From a virus (lineage: Duplodnaviria > Caudoviricetes): 51,355 nucleotides of DNA. The first letter of the stretch is position 1, and each line of letters starts with the position of its first letter. The position numbers and the translations under genes were made by a program. The notes below the pieces were generated by a model. The model had not been told where the DNA came from, made no database searches, and was given only the letters and a program-made list of their open reading frames with translations. The DNA lies in the IMG/VR virus record IMGVR_UViG_3300043540_000524, positions 1 to 51,355 of that record, one strand, 5' to 3'. This document shows, piece after piece, positions 11,201 to 20,035 of the stretch.

Positions 11201-11632
11201 GTACTGGGACGTCCCATCACCGTTTTCCCACACATAGCAGTAGTAACCTGATTGGTGGTAGGCAGAGTCTTGGGAGGTTTGTTGCACGGTATTTCTAACT
11301 ACCGGAATTACGGAAAGGGCTGCGGAAATTGCGGGGCCTTTTAGAGTCCAGCTCAATCCTGTTTGATTATAGGAATAGATGCTTGTTCCATCAAACTCTA
11401 GAAGCTCGTTTTGGAACGTTGCTCCGCCTAAAGAATTAGTAATGCTCGAAATAGTTCCGGCTATAGCAGTAGAGAAAGCATTATAGCCATATCGTTTGTG
11501 GATACTCATGCCTTCTGTAAAGATTGCGTTTTGTAGGACCTCTACTTTAGGGGGTCGGACTTGGTAGGGATCTGTCTTTAGATCCAGTCCAGCAGCAAAA
11601 GGGAGAGCTATGTTTTGTCTATTTAGTGCCAT
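8240..11632 (-). CDS. Tail nozzle / tubular protein B-like
   Basis: 1130 aa, beta-rich; N-terminal GLDLKTDP; propeller-like YNNRVML...IWYS, GLMFQSSKGIYLL and YDYYYKQWS segments; two tandem inserted beta domains. Confidence 0.75.
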   Translation of the reverse strand: MALNRQNIALPFAAGLDLKTDPYQVRPPKVEVLQNAIFTEGMSIHKRYGYNAFSTAIAGTISSITNSLGGATFQNELLEFDGTSIYSYNQTGLSWTLKGPAISAALSVIPVVRNTVQQTSQDSAYHQSGYYCYVWENGDGTSQYSIIDSNTDQIIVSSVSLGSVAKSPKVNAVGLYFLISYVDTSLNRLRRIAIPVATPMSPQAPVDITTTLNAGNPVYDAAVLNPKNGNVFFAWNNASGSVSTCYINAFLSESSTLVVPGHSASIAINIFSDPMAQYVWIAAYDGTTIAYTVQNISLQGTPPLGSWTTLETLSNVRNITGTVIGTTGTIFYEVSNTISYNTIVRMNTGTSTGTVGTPSVFLRSVGLWAKCFQYNGIIYLGVTYSSQLQPVYFIVNSLGRVITKIAYQNAGGLTAKSLLPQVNSVSATKFEVAYLVKDLLEAQSGNIYTQTGVNQASIDFSSNSNFSSVTLGSNLHISGGILSMYDGVSVIEHGFFLYPETPTNTVTSSGGGIGWGSLVEQPQWQYSATYEWTDQQGNIHRSAPSVPLTVNFAQGTPVVFTATSTPGSKVLTAVSSTAGLFIGQVLSGLDLQPLTSITAISGSTVTLSLPAISTPNTVTVLTQTPSITFTATITSGSNSLTNIANTSDLYVGMMLYGPGIQPGATIATLSTNSLTMSSNALSSISTTDTNSNSVVIDTLRITQKVAPRTPVNIVLYRTTANGTIFYRVNPVQTPTYNDTTVDTVTIVDNVPDLALIGNELLYTTGGVLENICAPATNLLTTYNNRVMLVSAEDLNTIWYSQQVVPGSPVQFNDSLTNFIDPREGFITSIFTLDDKFIVFKTNSIFYFAGQGPNSTGNNNDFSTPFLITTDAGCQNQNSIATMPIGLMFQSSKGIYLLDRGLSTSYIGAEVEPFNTQTITSSILIPNTNQVRFTLESGTTLMYDYYYKQWSTFTNQHASDAVIFQDLFTYFNPNGTVYQETPGQFTDNGQFIPLKVTTSWLQLAGLQGYQRCYKIYILGTYKSPHNLVVSVAYDFNPGVTQQVSANATALFGGGNIYGQGNVYGNNGLYGGPAPTEQWRLDLIQQKCQAIQLTIQDSQSAPYGEGLSLSGITVIAGVKQGLNKVGPSQIIS

Positions 11633-11635
11633 TAA

Positions 11636-12868
11636 TTAAATCTCGTTCACTAATATTCTGACGCCATTAACAGAAGCAACCCCTGTCAAAAAAGGGAGCC
11701 CAAAAGGAACTTGTAGCGTCATATTAATATTTATTGTGTGTGCTCCAGCAGATAAAGAAACGATTCCAGAAACTGCGCTGGGAGATAGTTGGTAGTATGT
11801 TTGAAAGATTGAGGGGGTCAACTTTGAGAATAAACCCGGGGAGGTTAGTATAAGTACTTCGTTTGAAGATACACCGTCAATAAAGATCTCAAACTCAACT
11901 TGCAGTCTATATAGTATAGGATCAAATGTAGTTTGTGTTGTGGTGAGCTGTATGGAGCTCGGTCCAAATCCAGCCCCAGGTATTAAAGAAATCTCTACTA
12001 GTTTATTGCCACTTGCTGTGAAAGATACTGGTGTTGCAAGTAAGGTTACCGGAGATCCTGGTGTGGAAGTACTATAATTTATAACCGATGATGTGACATA
12101 GTTAGTTGGGGCTAGTTTTGTATTTGGTATGTTGGCCGAGTTTGAAATTTGGTTAGTTGTTATTGTGTTTGGTGCTAGATAAGTTGCATTTATGCTTAAA
12201 GGAACAACTTGCAGATTATTAGATGCAACTTGAACGGTGGAATTATTTACGTCATACACATCCCCAATAACCCCGCTGGCATCCAGAGACATTATCTTAG
12301 TGGCCGCCGGTAGGGCAGTAGGGAAAGTGATTGTGTAGCTATTTGCCGGAGGTATTAGCTCTACTGTCACGTTCGTCGGGTTTGTTAAGAAAAGGTTTGC
12401 AATTTGTGAATTAGAAAACGCCCCAGAACTATTGGTATAGTAAAATAGATTGGAGGTGTTGTTGAAATATGCAACTGCAAACTGGGTTATGTAGTCTCCT
12501 TGAAACCCACCAGTACCAGCAATGTTAACCCCGCTACCAGAAGTTATTTGTACGTGTTGGGAAGAAGAAAAATTATACCAAAAGTCTCCGCTTTTTACAT
12601 ATACGCACCGAAGATCTGATGCAGTAGAGAGAACTGCCCCTTCGTTTACAAACCTAAAACTGCGAGTGGAAACGGAATTAAAGCTGCTGAAAGAAAGATC
12701 CGCATTGATATTAATTGCTGCAGTAGGGATTTGTACCCCATTACCTAGGGTATGGTTGTGGGCATCTAGTAAGGATAAATCATCTAGTAACTCTTGCGAC
12801 CACACGGGGTCTTGAGTTACGTGAAGGGTCGGGAGTTCTAATCCCATATTTGAGGTTGTTATTGGCAC
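11636..12868 (-). CDS. Tail fibre/spike protein, paralog of 12873-14072
   Basis: 410 aa, GTG start; N-terminal two-thirds closely similar to the neighbour (NMxLELP, HNHTxGxGVQIPTA, AVAYFNNTSNLFYYTNSSG). Confidence 0.7.
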   Translation of the reverse strand: MPITTSNMGLELPTLHVTQDPVWSQELLDDLSLLDAHNHTLGNGVQIPTAAININADLSFSSFNSVSTRSFRFVNEGAVLSTASDLRCVYVKSGDFWYNFSSSQHVQITSGSGVNIAGTGGFQGDYITQFAVAYFNNTSNLFYYTNSSGAFSNSQIANLFLTNPTNVTVELIPPANSYTITFPTALPAATKIMSLDASGVIGDVYDVNNSTVQVASNNLQVVPLSINATYLAPNTITTNQISNSANIPNTKLAPTNYVTSSVINYSTSTPGSPVTLLATPVSFTASGNKLVEISLIPGAGFGPSSIQLTTTQTTFDPILYRLQVEFEIFIDGVSSNEVLILTSPGLFSKLTPSIFQTYYQLSPSAVSGIVSLSAGAHTININMTLQVPFGLPFLTGVASVNGVRILVNEI

Positions 12869-12872
12869 TTAT

Positions 12873-14072
12873 TTAGATCTCGTACACAAAAAGTTTTACT
12901 CCATTTGCCGCTATACTGCTTGCAGAAGCGGCTCCTGGTTGCGCATTGTTCATTGTCATTGATATGTTAAAAGTATGTGCCCCTGCAGATGTAGCTATAA
13001 TTCCAAAGGCAGAGTCTACTGGAAAATCACAATATTCGCTTGCAGCTAAATAGCCTGAAGTAATTAAAATAGATTCATTCGTATCAATCCCATCAACAAG
13101 AATATGATAGTTGGCCCGAACATTTCCACCGCTCCCGTTAGCTGTTAGACGCAGACCGCTGGGCCCAAACCCCGCTCCAGGAAGTAGCTGAACCACCACT
13201 AACCTATTACCACTACAAGTGAGAGTAATATCCGCTACTAATATATTTACTGGGGTATTAAAAGTAGAGGTTGAGACAGTTACCGCACTAGAGATTGCGT
13301 AGTTGGTTGCAGCTAGCTGAACGTTTGTAATTCCGGCAGAATTTGAAATCTGATTAGTTGTGATGGTATTATTTGCTATTTGGGCAGCCGTAATCCCTAA
13401 GGGCTTTACTTGCAATAGGTTTGCTGCAATCTGCAGAGTGGAATTGTCAGCATCATAATACCCAAGGGACCCTGTACTACTGATATTTAATATCTTTGGC
13501 GATGCTGGTAGAGATGATGGTAGGGTTATTGTGTAGTTGGAGGCAGACGCGGGGTTTGCCGAGAGGGCAACGATATTGGAAGTTCCGTTAGTTAGAAGGA
13601 GCTGCCCTACTTGGGAGTTTGAATAAACACCACTAGAGTTTGTATAGTAAAATAAGTTAGAGGTATTATTAAAATATGCAACTGCATTAGAAGTTACATA
13701 GTCCCCTTTGAATCCGCCGGTACCAGAAACGTTAACCCCAGTTCCCGAAGTTATTTGAACTTGCTGCCCTGAAGAACTATTATACCAGAGATCTCCGCCA
13801 TTAACATATAAGCATCCGATGTCTGTTAAAAGAGATAGGGGGGCACTTTGGTTATTAAAGCGCGCACTTCGCAGTAGAGTTGCATTATAACTATTAAATG
13901 GGAAGTCGGCGTTGATTGCAATACCGGCTGTAGGAATTTGCACCCCAAGACCGGGAGTGTGATTATGGACGTCTAGAATATTAAAGTTGTCAAGAAATTC
14001 TTGTGACCATGTGGGATCTGGAGTTGTACCAATAACTGGTAATTCCAAGTTCATATTTGGGGTAAGGGCCAT
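12873..14072 (-). CDS. Tail fibre/spike protein
   Basis: 399 aa, S/T/N/G-rich, paralog of the downstream gene. Confidence 0.7.
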   Translation of the reverse strand: MALTPNMNLELPVIGTTPDPTWSQEFLDNFNILDVHNHTPGLGVQIPTAGIAINADFPFNSYNATLLRSARFNNQSAPLSLLTDIGCLYVNGGDLWYNSSSGQQVQITSGTGVNVSGTGGFKGDYVTSNAVAYFNNTSNLFYYTNSSGVYSNSQVGQLLLTNGTSNIVALSANPASASNYTITLPSSLPASPKILNISSTGSLGYYDADNSTLQIAANLLQVKPLGITAAQIANNTITTNQISNSAGITNVQLAATNYAISSAVTVSTSTFNTPVNILVADITLTCSGNRLVVVQLLPGAGFGPSGLRLTANGSGGNVRANYHILVDGIDTNESILITSGYLAASEYCDFPVDSAFGIIATSAGAHTFNISMTMNNAQPGAASASSIAANGVKLFVYEI

Positions 14073-14073
14073 A

Positions 14074-14394
14074 TTAAAAAACCTCTATATCAATTACAAC
14101 GTTCACAGAACTATTTAAAATTAATGTCTTTGTGGGATTGGGATTAGAATCCTGACTATCATAAATCTGAGAAAATGTATCCCGCATACGAGTTATCTTC
14201 CAACCCTGTAGGTTGCGTCCCAACTTGTGGTTGATGACATTAGTCCCAGAACTCAAACTCACACTCTTTAATACTTGCGTATTTAAAGTGGGAGACGTTA
14301 CAAGAGGGTTCAAAGAAATGGCAATATTGTCTTGCAATCTCTGTAGAACTGGATCTCCTGTTTGGAGCTTCGGGAAAATTGGGATCAGGGCCAT
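14074..14394 (-). CDS. Small virion/tail protein
   Basis: 106 aa, INHKLGRNLQGW motif, tightly packed in the structural operon. Confidence 0.6.
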   Translation of the reverse strand: MALIPIFPKLQTGDPVLQRLQDNIAISLNPLVTSPTLNTQVLKSVSLSSGTNVINHKLGRNLQGWKITRMRDTFSQIYDSQDSNPNPTKTLILNSSVNVVIDIEVF

Positions 14395-14396
14395 TT

Positions 14397-15134
14397 TTAC
14401 ATCCCGCCGTTCGGACCATCACTACCGTAAGAACCGTAGGCCCTATTCATTTTTTGGGTATCACTAACGGTATCTGGGAACCCTGCATCTCTGTTAACTG
14501 CCGACCCGTTAATACGCTTAATGAGCTCCGACTTTTGTTGAGCAAGGACTGTTACGTCCGACTCTTCTTTTTGCATAGCCCTAATCGCCGCATCCGTAAC
14601 AATGTACTCATTCCACTGCCCAGGAGTTGCCGGTACATCCGTACCAACAACTAAAGGTTGTGGGAAAGGAACATACCATAACCTCCAGGATTGGGAACCT
14701 GCAGGAAGGGGGATAAATCTAATACTATTATCAAGGATGCGGTATCTTAAATTAAGTACTCCCAAATAAGTAAGTGGTGTGTTACCGTATACGTACTTAT
14801 TCCGGTCGGAGAAATTATACTTACTTAAGGTAAGCCACGCGTCCGTAGGTCCTCCGACCTGCGCTGCTAACGAAAGGTCTACTCCTAGTACCTTATAGCA
14901 ATCGTTTGGCAGGGGGTATGTGTCAGTAAGTCCTGTGAAGTTATAAGTAGGGGGTGGAAGGACTGCGAAATAGTCTTCGTAGCACGTTACTAAAAGATCA
15001 TACAGCTCTAGGTATGAGGCGTTAACGTAGTACGTCCACTCTTCGGTAGTGATAAAATTTGAATTAACTAGGTCAGATCTCTGCTTTGCTTGCAGGATGA
15101 GTTGGTCTAGTGTTAAGGAATTTGGGTCGGCCAT
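14397..15134 (-). CDS. Head-tail adaptor / tail tubular protein A-like
   Basis: 245 aa; YVNASYLELYDLL, YPLPNDCYKVLGV, W-x-E-Y-I-V-x-D-A-A; located after the capsid genes. Confidence 0.75.
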   Translation of the reverse strand: MADPNSLTLDQLILQAKQRSDLVNSNFITTEEWTYYVNASYLELYDLLVTCYEDYFAVLPPPTYNFTGLTDTYPLPNDCYKVLGVDLSLAAQVGGPTDAWLTLSKYNFSDRNKYVYGNTPLTYLGVLNLRYRILDNSIRFIPLPAGSQSWRLWYVPFPQPLVVGTDVPATPGQWNEYIVTDAAIRAMQKEESDVTVLAQQKSELIKRINGSAVNRDAGFPDTVSDTQKMNRAYGSYGSDGPNGGM

Positions 15135-15288
15135 AGGGTTCCTTTAAGAAAAAGAATTGATGGAAGGAAGGAAAACGTTTTAAGTCTTCCCTCCCTCCCA
15201 CGCCTGCTTTGTATCGAAGCTAAGCGAATTGTGCTTCGCGCACCACCCAGTGCGATGTATAGTCGCGGGGGTGACACACTATTTGTGA

Positions 15289-15873
15289 CTACTCGTTACC
15301 GGCTTTAGCGGTAGAGTTCTTAAGGAACATGTCGAATCCTAGGACGGATCCGGCTGCGGGGTCCGTAGGGGCTCCCGAGGCATCCAGGCACTGCATGACT
15401 AAGGAGGGCAGGGCCGGATTGATGATGGTTGTATTTGCATCTCCCACTAATTCCACAGTCATGATTCCTGAGCTGGAAGGAACGCCTACTTGGGCACTTC
15501 CGCCGATCAGGGCTGACGATGTGGGGACAAACGTAACTCCAACCGCTGGGGTGACGCTAGCAGGAAGTCCTACTGCTTGGAACTGGGCCGGTGTGGCTGT
15601 CCCTAACGAAGCAATAACTTGCACTGCACCCGAGGTTGTCGAGGTAGAGAGGGAGGTGATCGGGCTAACAAACCCGGCTTGTCCGGCCAAATAGCGCGGA
15701 TATACTTGGTTCAGGACGATTTGGTACATACCTGCGCTGAGCCTATTAACAGCCTTAATGCCTGCACCTTTAACGGTGCCTACTTCCCCTGAGGGACCAA
15801 TAACAACGTTACCTTCAAGGTACGTGAGCATGGGTTGTGCACTATAGAGAAATTGATATTTAAGTCTTGCCAT
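15289..15873 (-). CDS. Probable capsid decoration/cement protein
   Basis: 194 aa, beta-rich, immediately downstream of the capsid gene. Confidence 0.5.
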   Translation of the reverse strand: MARLKYQFLYSAQPMLTYLEGNVVIGPSGEVGTVKGAGIKAVNRLSAGMYQIVLNQVYPRYLAGQAGFVSPITSLSTSTTSGAVQVIASLGTATPAQFQAVGLPASVTPAVGVTFVPTSSALIGGSAQVGVPSSSGIMTVELVGDANTTIINPALPSLVMQCLDASGAPTDPAAGSVLGFDMFLKNSTAKAGNE

Positions 15874-16029
15874 ATGATTATATTTTCTTCCAGTTCCGAA
15901 GCAACTGAAACTCTTCTATTAGTATCGCCCGAAGAGTTTAGGGGAGAGGGTGTCGTTCAGTTCTTACGAACCGAGCAGACGGTTTATCCATGTAAACATT
16001 ACATGAAACTTTTCAAATCTTTGTAAATA

Positions 16030-16061
16030 GGGACCCAAGTAAAATTATCTACTTAGGTCCC
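16030..16061 (-). terminator. Stem-loop after the major capsid gene
   Basis: GGGACCTAAGTA-8 nt-TACTTGGGTCCC followed by TATTT on the minus strand. Confidence 0.6.
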
Positions 16062-16071
16062 CATAATTTAA

Positions 16072-17193
16072 TTACGCACTAAGAGCGATGATGCAATTCC
16101 ACCCTGGGGCACTACATATTAAGTTCGCATAATAGCCAATTCTGAATTCCAACGCATCGGCATTACCAACGCGAAGTCCTTCAAGACCTTCCATACCGTA
16201 CGTGAGGATATGGGGCGCCTTTCCAAGCGACCGCAACTTCCACACAGACATATCTAACAAATAGGCAGTCTGTTGTTGGCAGTTTCTATCCGGCACAACC
16301 GTGATGGGGCCGTATGGAGCATGAACCGTGATGCCTTTGAAAGCGATATCGCCTTCTCCACCACGCACGTCAACATACTGAACCTTACTTCCCAACTCTT
16401 TTTCAAGAGCTGCATAGGAAGCGAAGTTCATAAAGCACATGTCGGGCTGTCCGCCTTCTCGTGCCGTTATGCTAGCGCCGTCAATAAGCGCTTCTTCGAT
16501 CGATTCGCCTGAACCATCGAACCGTACCCCTGCGAGACGGGTAACGTCTTGAGAGCGATCAACGCCCCAGAAGTTATCACCAGGAGCTGGAGCAACGGGA
16601 GGGAGCCAAGCAGCAAGTCCGCTAATCTTTAAGAATTGCGAAGTGTTTGCCGCGCCTGAAGCCCCGATGTCACCCTGTACGACCAGGAAGCTACCAACTG
16701 CGAATTGAGCAGAAGGAGTACCACTGGACGATTGGAGGATGAGCTGCGCGCTCGAACGGTTAATGTTCGTAACCACTGCAGTAGTAGTCGAAGGAACGCC
16801 ACCATCAGTAGACGTAGCAACTAAAGTCATTCCAACTTCGAATTGCACGATGTCTTGCTGATCGGAAAGAACGATCGTCATGGTCGTTCCAACTAAGGAG
16901 TAGCTTCCGATTTGACCGCGAGTACCAGTTCCACTTCGGAACAAGGCGGAAGCCAAGTCGTTCGAGATGGATCGGAACGCTGCGTCAACTTGCAACTTAC
17001 CTTGGTCTAAGAACGCACCAGCATTGTCACCAGTAGCAGCTTCCAAGAGCTCGTTACTGATAGAGGCAATGACATAGTTCGTTGTTCTGTAGACAAAGAA
17101 CGATTGCATTTGGGTAGCCGTTTGGTTGTTCTGTGCGTTCGAAAACGTAGCAGAACGTCCTTGCGGATCGCCATAGATAAGAGGCACGGGTAT
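16072..17193 (-). CDS. Major capsid protein, exon 2
   Basis: 373 aa starting IPVPLIYGDPQGRS after the intron's terminal G; follows the scaffold gene; P22-coat/HK97-like sequence character. Confidence 0.9.
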   Translation of the reverse strand: MPVPLIYGDPQGRSATFSNAQNNQTATQMQSFFVYRTTNYVIASISNELLEAATGDNAGAFLDQGKLQVDAAFRSISNDLASALFRSGTGTRGQIGSYSLVGTTMTIVLSDQQDIVQFEVGMTLVATSTDGGVPSTTTAVVTNINRSSAQLILQSSSGTPSAQFAVGSFLVVQGDIGASGAANTSQFLKISGLAAWLPPVAPAPGDNFWGVDRSQDVTRLAGVRFDGSGESIEEALIDGASITAREGGQPDMCFMNFASYAALEKELGSKVQYVDVRGGEGDIAFKGITVHAPYGPITVVPDRNCQQQTAYLLDMSVWKLRSLGKAPHILTYGMEGLEGLRVGNADALEFRIGYYANLICSAPGWNCIIALSA

Positions 17194-17853
17194 CAGTCTG
17201 TTATCGTAAGAGTTTTTTATCTCTTACTTCTTAAACTTTCGTAAGTATTTAATAGCCATTTCAAGTCTTTCTATAGAATCATCAAAGTATCCAAGTCCTG
17301 GATTACATTTGGTACATAGAAGGGCTCTTACCTGGCCTGTGCTATGGTCATGGTCTACGTGAAGCCCTCTTCGGAATTCAGTAGCGTTCCTACCACAGCA
17401 AGCACAACATCCTTTTTGCTCATCAAACATCTTGTAGTAATCTTCTACAGAGATGTTGTAGTTCTTCTTAAGATCTGATTTAAAATCAAGTCTCTTAATA
17501 ATCTCTGGGTTATCTTTTCTATGCTGTGTTCGCCATGCTTTTTTGCAGGGTTTGCACCAGCTCGATACTCCGGAGGATGTCGTGCCATCTTTCCCAAATT
17601 CAGACTCTTGCTTCTCTGACTTACATCTGGGACATACTTTTCGTTTAAGCTCAGCGTACATTATTAACCCACTAAAGGTTATTGGTCACTCTTGGTACTA
17701 TTATATTCCGTTGTTACATCGGGTTCAAGTACTACGCGTTACAGTGGCAGGAGGGTTTTGGTCTCCTGCTTACCACGGGGTTGGCATTTCAGCTTCCACC
17801 GTTTTTGACCAATTTGCTACGATAGGTTGCCCTACCGAGGTACATTATAGTTT
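17194..17853 (-). ncRNA. Group I intron (660 nt) in the major capsid gene
   Basis: Exon 1 ends in U and the intron ends in G. P1 GUAU/GUAC; P2 with GCAA loop; P3 TTGGTCA (17806-17812)/TGACCAA (17682-17688); P7 GCGTA (in 17732-17742)/TACGC (in 17652-17662). Splicing restores the frame (AAGKY|IPVPL). Confidence 0.9.
17224..17661 (-). CDS. Intron-encoded homing endonuclease, endonuclease VII-like HNH
   Basis: CPRC...CKPC Zn finger; CACC...LHVDHDHSTGQVRALLCTKCNPGLG. Confidence 0.9.
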   Translation of the reverse strand: MYAELKRKVCPRCKSEKQESEFGKDGTTSSGVSSWCKPCKKAWRTQHRKDNPEIIKRLDFKSDLKKNYNISVEDYYKMFDEQKGCCACCGRNATEFRRGLHVDHDHSTGQVRALLCTKCNPGLGYFDDSIERLEMAIKYLRKFKK

Positions 17854-18009
17854 ATACTTACCAGCCGCTCCTTCTTTACTTTCATCTTTTGGGATGATTG
17901 CAAGAAGAGGATTTCGTTTGTACACGAGGTCATTCATGTACTCTGTAGGATTGTCGTACAACTCTTTGAGCGACGCAATCTGGTTTGTAGCTGTATTAAA
18001 AATAGACAT
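17854..18009 (-). CDS. Major capsid protein, exon 1 (52 aa; spliced product ~425 aa)
   Basis: GGAG RBS, ATG at 18009, MSIFNTATNQIASLKELY...NPLLAIIPKDE...GKY. Confidence 0.88.
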
Positions 18010-18077
18010 TGTTTCTCCGCTTCGCTTCGCCACACACCGTAGTGCTAGGAAAAGAAAAGTCTTATATTGTTACTATC

Positions 18078-19109
18078 TTACTTGGGCATTCCATACTTCT
18101 GTAACAACATAGCTTTACGTTGCTCATAAGTAAGTTTTTCTTTCCCAGTTCGCACTGGGGCGCCTTCAGTAGATAATTGATGTGTTAGGGTACTGGGTAC
18201 CCACTTCGGTTTAGTTTTAACTTCTTGACTAGACTGTCCACTCGCAGTAGTATTATCAGTACTGGGCGAGCCACTAGCCGGGGTAGATTTAGGTGCAGAT
18301 CCTAACTTTGCCTGCAGTTTCGCTACTTTGAATAGATCGAGCGCTTGTTCTTCGAAGTACTCTTCGACTAACTTGCAGGCTTCCTCGATATTCATAATGC
18401 GACCCGTATTGTTGTAATGCTGATTCATTACCTCAAAGACGGTCTCACTCGCTTCATTCTTTTGGATAAGTGCGAAGTCATCTGGACGCGCACTAACAAA
18501 ATCTGTAATTTCTAACTTAACTTGGTTGGCCGCCTCAGCGTACTGACGTTGCGACTGCTCTTGCATCTGGAGCTGCTGAGTCTTGAAAGCTTCATCCCTT
18601 GCCTTCTGCTCTGCTTCCAGTCTATTCTTAATGGAAGTAATCTCTTGTTGTAATCTAGTCTCTACCAATTCAGGAGTGGGTCTATTATCGTTTAAAACGA
18701 ACTGTGTGAGCTGCTCATAGGTCAACCCTAGCTCTTTCATGGCTTCAAGGGGATTCGCCAAAGCACGAGCCTTTAAATCGTTTATAGTGGACGTCTTTAC
18801 CTGCTCTACTGGTGGGACACCTTTGAGTTGTTCTTCAAGTGCTGCAATACGTTTTGTGTACTCTTGGTTCTGCTTTGAGATCTGTTGAGCCTTTTGACTT
18901 AAGGATCTTTCTTTGGCAACCAGAGCATTAAAGCGTTTGTCTAGATCTGCTTTGTCTGCATCTACTACTTGGGGAACTGCTACTGGGGAAGGGGGAGTTG
19001 TTTGTTGGGGTTGGGCGGGGATGGGGACAGAACCACTCTTAGCTGGGTTAGCTGTGGGAGTAGTAGGAGTTACTTTGAAGTTATCACCAAGGACTGCTTG
19101 GTTAGACAT
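18078..19109 (-). CDS. Capsid scaffolding protein
   Basis: 343 aa coiled-coil with low-complexity ends, directly upstream of the capsid gene. Confidence 0.75.
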   Translation of the reverse strand: MSNQAVLGDNFKVTPTTPTANPAKSGSVPIPAQPQQTTPPSPVAVPQVVDADKADLDKRFNALVAKERSLSQKAQQISKQNQEYTKRIAALEEQLKGVPPVEQVKTSTINDLKARALANPLEAMKELGLTYEQLTQFVLNDNRPTPELVETRLQQEITSIKNRLEAEQKARDEAFKTQQLQMQEQSQRQYAEAANQVKLEITDFVSARPDDFALIQKNEASETVFEVMNQHYNNTGRIMNIEEACKLVEEYFEEQALDLFKVAKLQAKLGSAPKSTPASGSPSTDNTTASGQSSQEVKTKPKWVPSTLTHQLSTEGAPVRTGKEKLTYEQRKAMLLQKYGMPK

Positions 19110-19204
19110 TTATTTATTCCTTTTTGTTATTTGAGTTGTCTATTATTGGGAGATTATTAGATAAGATTTATTATATTAAGTAGTTATCTTTGTTATTGTT
19201 ATAA

Positions 19205-19725
19205 GAGAGCAGAGTATGGCCTACTTATATCATGTACTTGAACCTAGTGAACCCTGATGTACCGCCTATGGAGCGTGTGCTCGGAGGGGGAAGTGCAGGG
19301 CTCACTTGCAAGGGAGACTTGCTTCTAAAACATGATATAACAAACTTAAACAGTGCACCATCGGTATCTTAATCAACTATCCTTAGGGAGGTACCAACAA
19401 CGTCTATTCTCATCGAGGAAGATCGTTGATGGCATAGTAATCCCTTAGAAGATGTCTAATTCTTAATTCTTTTTCGAATTAAAAACAAACATCCCCCGTT
19501 TTACATTAGGATACCGGCAATACTTCTGCCTATGGACACATCTTAATCTCAGTGATGTGGAACCGGGTACAGCGTCTAGTTCAGTTATCACCATCACGGT
19601 CTGAACGGGGTAGGATTCCCCTTTTTATTATCTCTCGACTCTGTATCGTCCAGGGCGCCTTGTTAGTGATACGACTATTACGCGCTGGAAGCACTCCCCT
19701 CTTCTTTTTTTCCTTCTTAAGGGGC
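19205..19725 (-). ncRNA. Candidate large structured RNA or leader upstream of the scaffold gene
   Basis: No credible ORF; many nested helices whose mismatches read as G-U on the minus strand. Confidence 0.55.
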
Positions 19726-19791
19726 TTGTAATAGGGAGTATGTACTATTTCTGCTATAAATACAACACAACTTTGCAAAAATAGTGGTTTT

Positions 19792-19810
19792 GATAATGAT
19801 AATCATTCTC
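19792..19810. promoter_or_regulatory. Fur box
   Basis: GATAATGATAATCATTCTC, 18/19 match to the consensus GATAATGATAATCATTATC. Confidence 0.7.
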
Positions 19811-19895
19811 ATCTTTATATGTACAGTAGTAAAATATTAAACACACATAAGTCCTTATTATTATAGTTCTTATAGCAATTATGTAAAAGAATCTA

Positions 19896-19912
19896 TTTAG
19901 AATAATTCTAAA
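19896..19912. promoter_or_regulatory. Palindromic Fur-family (Irr ICE-like) box
   Basis: TTTAGAATAATTCTAAA, perfect 8-1-8 inverted repeat fitting TTTRGAAYNRTTCYAAA. Confidence 0.45.
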
Positions 19913-20019
19913 CGTTTCATTCAGACTAGTAATTACAACTAGTTATAAGGGATTGTAAAAAAGTCATACGAATTGTTTCTCTTATACAATCTACCAAGAG
20001 CAGCCCTGCCTACAAGGAA

Positions 20020-20035
20020 CGGCACCGAGATTGCA
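20020..20035 (+). promoter_or_regulatory. Sigma54 (-24/-12) promoter
   Basis: CGGCAC-CGAGA-TTGCA with exact GG-N10-GC spacing, upstream of the plus-strand gene block. Confidence 0.6.

Noticed and set aside
447-17543. Many plus-strand ORFs in the track (e.g. 447-857, 3863-4498, 9675-10031)
   Set aside because: Antisense shadows of long minus-strand structural genes, with no RBS or motifs. The same applies to minus-strand shadows within the plus-strand blocks.
17845-18033. Independent 62 aa gene and a 371 aa capsid protein starting at 17187
   Set aside because: These are the two exons of one intron-split gene.
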